64,000 nucleotides of DNA, taken from NCBI GenBank assembly GCA_964247055.1, contig OZ176053.1, forward strand, positions 620,001 to 684,000. The letters run 5' to 3'. Source of the stretch: Paragordius varius (Eukaryota > Animalia > Nematomorpha). The notes beneath the pieces are model-generated. The model searched no databases, had not been told where the DNA came from, and saw only the letters and a program-made list of their open reading frames with translations. The position numbers were made by a program, and so were the translations under genes. Shown here piece after piece: positions 1-11,900 of the stretch (position 1 is the stretch's first letter; each line of letters opens with the position of its first letter).

Positions 1-176
1 GTAAAGTGTGAAATAGAGATATTTACATAAATATATTCTATATTTTAAAAATGTAACCAAATATCTTTGATGAGAAAAATTAAGGTTTTAAAAGAGAATG
101 GGGTTGTCGTTTAGATAAAAATATTTGCCTTTATATTTTTACATTTTGTTCGTATAATTTCCATTTTTACTGTATA

Positions 177-1443
177 CACTGTGTGCAAAAAAGAGGTTCA
201 TTTTGATTTAAGGAAAAATTTTTTTTCATGAGATAGCTTATGACCAGCGTATTCATTTGCCGCAAAAATTTTTATTTGTTGACAACCTAGTTTTTGAAAT
301 ATTGAGAGAAAATCAAAATCGGGTAAAAAGTGAAAATTAAGGATAATTAAGGATAATTTAAAAATAATCATAAAATCTGAAACATTATCGTTTATTATCA
401 TTTTAGGAGATATTTTCAATATAAAAACAGCCTAAAATCATATAGTTAGGGTTTCTATAAAATTTCAGGTCAAAAGATGACGTTTTTCTTTTATCACACT
501 TAAAAAACAAAAAAAATTTAATAAAACTTTATTAAAATAATTTTTTTTAAATTATTTACTACCTAAACTCACTATTAAAATCTTAACATTTATATTTTAT
601 TAAGGAAAATAAATTTCTATACTAAAATAAAACCAAAAATATTGTTTTTTATTTTTCCATTTTTTTGTCATATATGAGTGTATAAAAAATTTATACTGTT
701 TTTTTTGGATTCTTACATAGGTGGGAATTATTAAGATATAATTTATGCAAAATAGTATTGAAAAAAGGAATATCAACCAACAATCCTTACAATTTCCTGT
801 AAAAAGTCTGTTTTATGACAAATTAATATTCGTATTGGGATTTGTACGGATTGTTGGTTGATATTCCACTAATTTTCAATCCTATTTTGCATAAATTATA
901 TCTTAATAATTCCCACTTATGTAAGAATCCAAAAAAACAGTATAAATTTTTTATACACTCATATATGACAAAAAAATGGAAAAATAAAAAACAATATTTT
1001 TGGTTTTATTTTAGTATAGAAATTTATTTTCCTTAATAAAATATAAATGTTAAGATTTTAATAGTGAGGTTAGGTAGTAAATAATTTAAAAAAAATTATT
1101 TTAATATAATTTCATTAAATTTTTTTGTCTTTTAAATGTGATAAAAGAAAAACGCCATCTTTTGACCAGAAATTGTATAGAAACCCTAATTATATGATTT
1201 TAGGCTATTTATATATTGAAAATATCTCTAAAATGATAATAAACCATAATATTTCAGATTTTGTCATTATTTTTTGAATTATCCTTAAATATCCTTAATT
1301 TTCACTATTTGCCCTATTTCGATTTTCTCCTAACATTTCAAAAACTAGGTTGTCAACAAATAAAAATTTTGCGGCAAATGAATACGCTGGTCATAAGCTA
1401 TCTCTAGAAAAAATTTCCGTTAAATTTTGTTTTGCACTCAGTG
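177..1443. mobile_element. Foldback / long-TIR non-autonomous DNA transposon (about 600-bp arms), TA-flanked
   Basis: TA|CACTGTGTGCAAAA...TTTTGCACTCAGTG|TA; the left arm (177-about 790) is the reverse complement of the right arm (about 850-1443). Confidence 0.88.
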
Positions 1444-1465
1444 TATATATATGCTATGCAATTAC

Positions 1466-2928
1466 TTTTTCCATATTTTCAAGACGACTGTAAAAGGATT
1501 CATCATTCATCTTTGTTGAGTTTTTTAAATCAGTAGGACTTTGATTTATACCATTTTCTGTGCTTAACTCAAAACTTTTTTTATAAATATCAATTGTTTT
1601 ATTATTCGTTAAATTGCTGTTTCCAATCCAAGCACACCAAGGACTCCCCGGGATATCTCGTTCATTGCAAAGAATTCTAACGGAATATTCACCTGTACAA
1701 GCTGGTATATATGTAACGTGGGCCAACCCATTGCCTTCATCTTTGCATTCTATGGTAGTTTGAGATGGGCCTTCAATAGCAAACCCTATTTATTTAGGTT
1801 TGCATAGGTTATAAAAATTCTAATTCAATAATATGGATAATCTTATAATAATGACTAAATAGTTAAAATTATTTAGTTATTGATAATAATATCAGTAATG
1901 CACTTAAACCATTTTGAATAGGGTTCTAGTTTTATTGATAACAACGGCAAACTTACATTCTACCTCGCGAACGTAAGTATTTAGAACCAGTATATAATTA
2001 ATTGAATTAAAATAAAAATAATGTTGATTATCATAATTATATAAGATATTTGATGCTTTTAAACAAAGTGAATTAAAATATAGGAAAAACATGAATAATT
2101 TGTGAAAAAAAGTTGTCATAATGTTAGTGTATAAAGACCCTTGATTCTTTCGTCCAATCGATGTCCGATTGTATGATAAAAAGAGGTAATATTTTACTAT
2201 ATGGATATTCTTAATTTCAATTTTTATTTTTTATCAAAGTGACAAAAATAAAATTAGATTACCTAGAGCTCCAACTTGACCCTTAGTGTCAACGGTAAAA
2301 ACACACGGTTGTCCAGCCAGCCCTCCATGCAGACCTGGTCCAAATGCCAGAATGGAGGAATTACTTTTACAAGCTTCTTCTATGCCCAACTAAAACACAA
2401 AAATTACAAGAATAAAATGCATATTAAGGGTAAAATATGATAAATGAAAGGTATATAGAAATCTTGGCATTAATTAATATATAAATATTTGCGAAGAGTA
2501 ATAATCTTGCCTAAGCATTTATTAATTTTTATTTCATCCTTTAGCATTCAAGTTAAGGATAATGTAAACGTAAAATTAAAAAAATATGCGGATGGCTTTT
2601 TATGAAAAAAACTTAATCTTATACCTTATTTGCCTATTTTTACTATATTTTTTGCAATTATAAATGGATATCTATATAAATATATATCTTTTAAATTGTC
2701 GTAAATTATGGTTTAATATTAGCTTCTATAAAATAATAAGATGGAAAAACTGAATAATTTTTTCAACATTTGTTTGGAATATGAAACCATCAACTAATTA
2801 AAGATTAATTTCACTTTATTCTTTTAATTGAATTTAATTAAACAGAATTTTAAGATACTTTATGTACCGCAATTACAAAAAATAAAGGTTAAAATTAATT
2901 TATATATAAACAAGGAGATATTTTTTAA

Positions 2929-2972
<44 letters not shown>

Positions 2973-5900
2973 TATTAAACCGCAATTTTTACCTGTATTT
3001 TTTAAATGTTCAAAAATATGGAATAGGTAATTGCAATTAACAATGTTAAATAAAAATCACAAAAAAAATTAATAATTTTATTAAATTTATAAAAACGCAA
3101 TTTTTACCTAACCAAAATTAAACCAAATTAAACTAAATTTAAAAGGTTAAAAATATTGTATTAACATCAACAGGGGTCCGGGGTAATGGTTGATTCAAAC
3201 TATTGATAGCGAGCTCATAAATACCTTCCGTGTCTACGCTATAACTGTATGTAGCTATTGGTTTCGGTTTACCCACATTGGCCAAAATTAAATCTTTTAA
3301 TGTGGATCTGCGTAAGCAAGTAAAAAATATTGTGGAAAAATTAAGTTAAAATAAAATATTTTTTCGTGTATATAAAATTTTTAAATTTACAATGTAAAAT
3401 TTTAAGTAATAATAATGATAATTATGTAATAAAATTTACATTGAAGTTAATACATCAAAATATCTATACATATACATTTTTCAGTGAAAAGCGGAATTTT
3501 TCAAGCAAAGACAACATTTTTTCAAGCAAAGACAACTTATTTTATGCAAACGCAACATTTTTTCAAGCAAACGCAACCGTTTTTCAGTGAAATGCAACAT
3601 TTTTTCAAGCAAACGTAACATTATTTCAAGCAAACTCAACCTTTCTTCAAGCAAACGCAACATTTTATCAAGCAAACACAACATTTTTTAAGAAAAGAGA
3701 AAGTTTTTAGTTCCGTTTTGGATGAAAATGTTGTTTTTCACTAATAAATGATATTATGAATACAAAATCCGTTTTGATAGTTAATTCGATCGCCATAATT
3801 ACAATATTTTTAATATACATACAATAATAATAAAATTAAAATGCCTGGAGTTAAATTTATTACTTTTTTCCAGCGTTTTTATGCATATCCGATTCAATTG
3901 TTGGGCTTATTTTACATACTGACACCATTTTTCCCGTTTCTATACCAGTAATAGGAAAATATTTAAATTAATAAAGTTATTACATATAAAAAATGATTTT
4001 TTCACAATACTAAAAATATATCATTTGCCAAAAAAATATCTATCTATCCATATATTCATTATTAAAATTACAGTAAAAATTGAATGCAAACAGAGAAAAT
4101 GTAAAAAAACATAAAAGCTTTTTTTTTTCAAAAAACAACCACCATACTTTTTAAACCTCTAATTTTTCCTATAAAAATTATTTATGTTACGAATTTAAAC
4201 ATCTCTATTTCATAATTTGCAGTTTAAAAAAAAGTTATAAATAATACAGCGTGAAAAAAAATATTTGTCTTTATGTTTTTACGTTATGTCTGTGTAAATT
4301 AGCTCAATTTTTACGGTAAAATTCAACTTATTATATATGAAAATTTGGGAAACTATACAATAATATAAGTAAAGTAAAAACTGAAATTTTACGGACAAAA
4401 CTTAAAAATATAAAGTCAAATATTTTCAAAAGACAACCAACCATACAATTTTAAACTTTATTTTTTCTCATATTAGCTATTTAATTACAATTGTAAAATA
4501 TAGGATTGATTGTGTTAGTAATATATATCTCAATTTCACACATTGCCATTTAAAACAATAAGTTATAATAAATTAAATCAAGTTAAATATGGTTTTGTCT
4601 TTTAGAAAAAAATATTTGTCCATATATTTTTAAGTTTTGTCCTTCCGTATAAATTTAATTTTTACTGTAAGTACCTTTATTCCGTAATTTAACATCTAAT
4701 GATTCCCGTATATAATCGATTGAACAGTCAACATTTTCATCAACATAACCATTGTAATGAATATCAAACATTAATTTATCACCGACTCTTAAGCCTTGGG
4801 GTTGAATGCCACGTCCAGAAATTAGGAATTTACTCAAATCGATATCTAACATACATATGTACATACATATTTTGGAAAAAAAATATTTTTTACAGTTAAA
4901 TTTGTAAATGTAGGAGGGTGTAAAAGTTACAAGAAAAAAGCTGTCAATTTTTTATGATTTTATTTATACCATTTAGAGTTCAAATTCACCCTTGTACAAT
5001 TAAAATATACCCTCAAACAATGCAAATTCACCCTAAAAATAATTTGTGTTTTCGGGCTAATATAACTCATCATTCATACTCAATATATTTTTATGGCATA
5101 GTTTATTAGTTTTTTAGTATTATATTAATTTTAGATAAAATTTTATTTGTTAAGAATATTAAAAAATATAAGTGAACTTCAATCTTAAAAACACATCATT
5201 TTTTAGGGTGACGAATTGTTAAAGGGTGAATTTAAACTGTAAATGGTATATATTAGGGTTATTGAATACGGACTAATTTTTATATATATAGATATTATGA
5301 TAAGGGTTTTTGAATATACGGGGTTGTGAAATAAAGAGTTTAAAGTTTTAGGCTACTATTGAATAATCCATATGTACTGGTAATATCAAAAAAATTACGA
5401 TAATTGATTTTAAATAAAAAAAACTTGGATTAGTATACATAAAAGCCACATATTTACAATTTTAACCCTAAAAATATTATATTATTTACAAGTTTACCCT
5501 AAAAAACCAAAAAATGTAATCTAACTTGGCTCAACGCAAAGTTTAAAGGGGGAACCCTTAACACATTTTCCATCGTCGCACATTACAGTTATAGTATGTA
5601 AACCTATGGCGTTAGGTTCAATACTGAATCTTTCTTTGTTTAACTCCTCGTGACTTTTTGCCTTTTCAGTCTCAAAATTCCTAAGATTCCTGAGATTTTC
5701 GACGACAAATTCAATGGGTGACTGGCTATTACAACGTGATGATTCAAGTTTTATTTGTTGCCCAGTAGGGCATGTCATAACACTCGTTATTTTCCCATTT
5801 ATACCTGCACCTATTTGGGTATTAAAATTATTGCAAACAAAAATTGGTAATGAAATTGGTATCAAAGATTTGGTAAATATTCTTATGAAATTTTTACATT

Positions 5901-8900
5901 AGTAAACATATAATCAATATTACAATGGTATGCATGATTATTCTAGTATTTTGAAAAAATCAATTATTAATCAAATATCACATAAAAAATTTTGTGTAAA
6001 TACAAATCCAAATGTAACCCTAAAAATTAGTTAAAAAATTAACATTTTACTACCACTTATATTCGGCATTATGTTTAAGACTACTAAAAAATATTTAAGC
6101 TTGTGATTTCATAGTTAAAATCATTTAAATGACAATTTTGTTTTACACAAAAATTAATTAGCATTGAAAATATATAAAGCCTACTCAACTAACCCTTTTC
6201 CGTTATAACGTCAAAGTATGTCGATTGACCTTATTTAAACAAAAAATTAATAAGCATTGAAAATCTATAGAGCCTACTTACCCTTTTCCGTTATAACGTC
6301 AAAGTATGTCGATTGACCCAATCGAAGTTTAGATTGTAATAAGGCTGGTCCATTCAAAACGATTTTGTTAATATCTAAGGGCATATCTTCAACACAGACA
6401 TGGTAGGGGGAGTTTGGGAGTTTTTGAGCGGCAAATTCAACATTAATCTATACGCGCGATAAAATTTTACAAATTGTTTTGCTGTTAAACACTACTGGGC
6501 AAAGAAGTGGGACAATTATTAACCTAAAATTACAATAACCATCTCCAGTTGAGTGTGAAATAAAAAATAGTTTATCTATAATTAAATTAATTTATACAGT
6601 GGAAAAAATGTTAAATGGCAACCGTTTATTGTTTTATACGATATGCTACTGTATATATACAATTTGTTTAAGAATATTAAAAAACTCAGTTATATGTATC
6701 GCAATTTCAAATAAATTTTTGATTTTGAAAAAAATTTGTCCATTTGTACACCTGATAAGTTCCCTTGGATGGTGGCGTATATTCACAGTCATACAGCGAT
6801 ATTTGAGGGGTTGATGTCACTTGCGCTACAATTTTCAGCTAAAAGATAAGTAAAAACGTAAAATTCATATCGTCATAAAAAAATAATTTAATGCTTTTTT
6901 AATAAATAGTTTTACAAAATAATTATTCTTATTTTATAGATACTTCACAGGGGGCGGTGTTAAACACGGGCAAAATATTTTTGCGGCCCGCAACTCAAAT
7001 AATTACAAAATTACAAAATCCAGTAAAATTTACAGTAATTGAAATATGCGGACAAAAAGTAAAAATATAAAGAGGACAAATATTTTTTTCTAAAAGACAA
7101 CCATACTCTTTTTAAAACTTCAATTTTTGTCAACTAAGCTATTAGGCTACATTTATAAAATATAGAATTGATTGTGTTAGTATTATATATCTCTATTTCA
7201 CACTTTGTGCCATTTAATGAGTTATATTGATATAAATCAAGATTTAAAATGTATGGTTGTTGTCTTTTAAAAAAAAAATTGTCTTTATATTTTTATGTTT
7301 TGTCCGTATAATTTCAGTTTTTACTATTTTTTACAAACAACATAATTTAAAAAAAACCTTTCTGTTCTAAATTTTGGCAATTAATCCCTAGAAAAAAATG
7401 TTTAATACAAACTCTTATGTTTGAAATCTAAAATAATGAAATATTTATTATAATTCCCATATATTTGGATTTTTTCCATCAATTAATGCGGACCGCAAAG
7501 CTATTTGTGTTGAACATCACTGTTTTAGTATATGACTCTAGTATAGTCCATACTTAAATTAATATGGTTATATTTTTATTTTTACTCTTGAATAGCTTTT
7601 TACAAGTAATTTATTTATTCGAAAAAAATATTAATCAAAAAAATATTTTATCAAAAACAACATAAAACTTTTACAAATGACTAAGAAAAATAAAATTCAA
7701 AAAAATAAAATTTAATCTTACAGGAATTTTTCCCACACTCGGGTTAGTTTGATTTTGGACATCAACATTGATAGAACCACGGCCCGCTGTTGAAGTGTCA
7801 ATGGTAAAATTAGTTCGTTTTCCAGCATATATAGGTGGATTATCAGATGCTGCTATGAAACATTGATAAATTGTAAAAAAAAAGTTTTTCAAATATTTTA
7901 CCTAAATTCAGTAAAAGATAAAATTATAAAGCCAAACATAAATAGTAAGAACTTATTATTTTGCTCAAAATATTTTTTGATATTTTTTTATTTCAATCGA
8001 TATATATTTAATTACATACCAATTTATTACATTTTTAACAACATTTTATTTCTTAACCCACAACGTTAGGTTAGATTAGGTGTGAAAAAGCAAAGTTACA
8101 GTAAAATATATGGCATTAGTTATATCAACACAAAAAAAAAATATTAATTTTTAACTTTTAGACCAAATTTTTTAATCATTACACAACATGTTATTGTAAT
8201 TTATATAAAAAAATCATTCGAAAAAAACTTTCGAAAAAAACATTTTAGCAATTGAAAAAACTTTTTAGTAATCAAAAAAATTTACCCAAAGAAGTCTGAA
8301 CGCCTGGACCATAAACCCTAACTTTGCCCGGGTCAATCCGTGGTCTTAGCGGAGCTCCGGGCCTAACTTTAGCGTTGGGGAATTGGGATAGGTACGTCAT
8401 AACGCTCATCTCATCAATGTTTTTGTTTATGAGTTCGCGTGGTTTTATTAACTAATACATACATACATATAAGAAGTGTATATGGATTAGATTTTACAAA
8501 ATGAAAATGTTGACCTTACGATTCGGTTGTTGAAACATTTTTACAACACCTTTTACAAATTAAAATATTTCTTTGGCGGGCTTATGGGTTCTAGATTAAT
8601 TTAAGGTGGACTTGAATCCAATATCGTTTAAAGTGTTTAAAGTAATATCTACCACGAACTCACAAAAAATACAGGCAGGGGAGTATGAAATTTCGATTTA
8701 TATTGGAATTATGATTCAGTAATAAATAAATTAATTTTATATAAGGCATGAATTCAATCAATGATTACTAGTAATAATTTTGTAAAGTTTCCAAATAAAA
8801 TTAAAATATAAACTATTCATTAGTGTAGTTGTGATCTAACATTCATGCTTTAAGATAAATTCAAATATTGTTGAATTTAATTATTGTTGAATTTGATTAT

Positions 8901-11900
8901 TGTTTAATTTAAATCCCAATATTATCAATACAATAATAATATTTTTTTTGGAGTAAACTAAACAATATCGAATGAATTGCAATTTTTAACCACAAAATAT
9001 AATAATACTTTATAATTTTTAAAAAAAATGCTTATAATAACATAAATGCTAAAAAGGTAAAAATGCAAAAAAATGCAAAACCTGTGGAACTGATAACCAT
9101 TCTTCAGCCAGTGACATAGCCTCTTGGGCATTTTCCAACCCATTTTCACTTTTCCAATCAGGCCAATCAGGGCATAAACCTATATTATATCCATTCAATT
9201 AAATAAAATAAATTTTTATTATTTTAAAGAAGTAACCGTAAACTTTTTTAGATTATAAAAGCCTGTAATTTCATCCCTTTAATACTTGGAGGCTAACTAA
9301 TTAAACCAAACTTTACAATTATAATCCATTTAAATATACAGAGTTAAAATTGAAATTGTATTATGGACAAAACGTCAAAATATAAAACAAATACTTTTTT
9401 CTAAAAGACAACAACCATACTTAATAAATCTTGATTTATTTTAATAAAACTCATTGTTAATGGCAAAGTGTGAAATAGATTTATGTTTCTAACACAATCA
9501 ATTCTATATTTTATAATTGTTACAAGATAGCTTATATAAGAAAAATTAAGGCTTTAAAAAGTATGATTGTCTTTTAGATAAAAAAATTTTCTCTTTATAT
9601 TTTTACTATATTTTGTCCTATAAATTTCAATTTTTACTGTATATTTACAAGGGATTTAATCCGTATTTTGTGAAAAAGTAAAAAAAAATTTCAAAACCGC
9701 TTTAACCGCTTTTAGAATCGGAACCGCCGTTCCAATCGATTCCAATCCAAAAAAACGTTTTTATCAAATTACATTTTTCTAGATATACATTATATATACC
9801 ATTTACAGTTCAAATTCACCCTCAAACTATTCAAATTGACCCGAAAAATTAAATTTTGTTTAAAATTAATATAATACTGAAAATATAATATACCATTTGC
9901 ATTTTAAAAGTGTCCTTGAACACTTTAAGTTGGTCCTTGAACAGTTCAAGTTGGTCCTTAAACAGTTCAAGTTGGTCCTTAAACAGTTCAAGTTGGTCCT
10001 TAAACACTTCAAGTTGGTCCTTTGACTTTTTTGTTTTGTTTTTAATTTTTATCAATCAAATCGTAAATAATTAATTTATTTTATTGTTTTTGACCTATTT
10101 TCTATTATTTAACATAAATTTTAAATCGATATCAACTTTTAATCTTTGAGAAAACGTATATCTTTATTAATTTCTTAAAATAATTTTGGATATTTATAAG
10201 ATGGTAACAGGAAATGAAAAAATATATAAGTTTTCTGGGTTATTAATTAAAATTTTTCATTAAAAACATTTAAAAGTCAATAATTTGGTTCAATTGAAAC
10301 AAAATAGTTTGAAACAAAGTAGTTAATAAAAATTTTTATTTTTAAATGAAAAAATATATAATAAATAAAGAAAATTAGGTTAATAAATAATAAAATAAAA
10401 AAATAAATGCAAAAATTATGGTTAAAAACCGACGAGTCTCTTATCAATATTAACCAAAAAAAACATTGATTAAAAAAAGTTATTATATATAGTATGCAGT
10501 TTAATGGTTGCTTATATCACACTATAGTAGGGGGGCAATTGGTCCTACACAGTAGGGTATGGAAAAAAAGAAAGGAAATAATTGTTTATTCAACATTTTG
10601 TTGTTTTTTCCCATACACTATTGTGGTTAGGGCAAATAGCCCGCCCTACTATAATAGGAAATAAGCAACCATCATTAAAATGCATACTATATATAATTCT
10701 CACCTATATTTACAGTATGAGAGCAATTATATATTGCTAGAAAGTTATTAATTATTGCCAAATAGCATATATATATATATATATATATAACAAAGGGCAG
10801 TATTATTGGCTTATAGTTATTTTTTTCACTTTTTACTATTATTAACCAATAATAATTCTCTTTGCTGCATATTCTGCATTTGGCAATAATTAATAGCTTT
10901 CTAGCAATATATACATATACTTACTCATACCGTAAATACTTTGTTAATGTTAAAAAAACGAATAGAAAGGTGAAATATGATAAATGTATATATATATATA
11001 TATATAACATATCAAGAATTTTTCTTAAACAGGTCAAATTGTTAATGCTATATAATTACTATTTGTCATTTAAAAAATAAAAACATATAAATTTTTTATT
11101 TTTAAGTAACTACAATTGTGTGATTACGTTGGCGTATAAAAATGATTGCCCTCAAAGCAAATAAAACAGTGGTATGGTTAAAAACCCAGAAATTACATGA
11201 TTTTAATCTTGAAAAGTTTATTTCCCATACATTACTGTAATTATGCAATCTTATCTAATTAGAGATTTTATCAAAATCCAAATCGGAAATGTAAAATATT
11301 CCATCTGTTTGGCTCGATAAAAAAATTCTTAGAATAATTTAAGGAAAAAAACGGTTAATACTATAAAATTTATTTTTGATCTTTAATTATATATTTAAAA
11401 CATTATAATTTTATAGCCTTCTGAAATTTTCAAGATCAAAAAAAATTGTTCAAAGAAAAAATCTAAAGTCGATCGGCAAAAGGTAGGATTTTTATAGATT
11501 TATCAGACATCATTACTAATAAAAATAAATTTATAGTATGTAAAAAATAATGGGTTTTTCAAATAACAGAATGAGATTTATTATTGGAAATTATCAAAGT
11601 TTTTTTACTCATATAAAAACATCAGTAGCGTATGGCATAAAACAATATTAGTCCATAAAAAATAAAAAATGTATTTTGGAAAAAACAGAGATATTATGGA
11701 TGTATATACAACTAGGAGTTTTTTTACAAATACAAGTTATTCTTTTATGGACGAACATTGTTTTATGCCATACGCTACTGTACGTTGAATTAAAAATTTT
11801 GTGGTTTTAAAATAATGGTTTTAAAAATGCCTTTTTTTCCATGAACCATTTGGTGCAAAATTCCTTGCAGTACATCATATATATATACTTTTAATTTAAT

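Noticed and set aside
3366-3684. ORFs 3366-3590 and 3481-3684 (LRLLEKM repeats)
   Set aside because: They are translations of a 21-22 bp minisatellite, with no coding or splice evidence.
9849-10055. ORF with KDQLELF heptad-like repeats
   Set aside because: Product of the 5 x 21 bp minisatellite.
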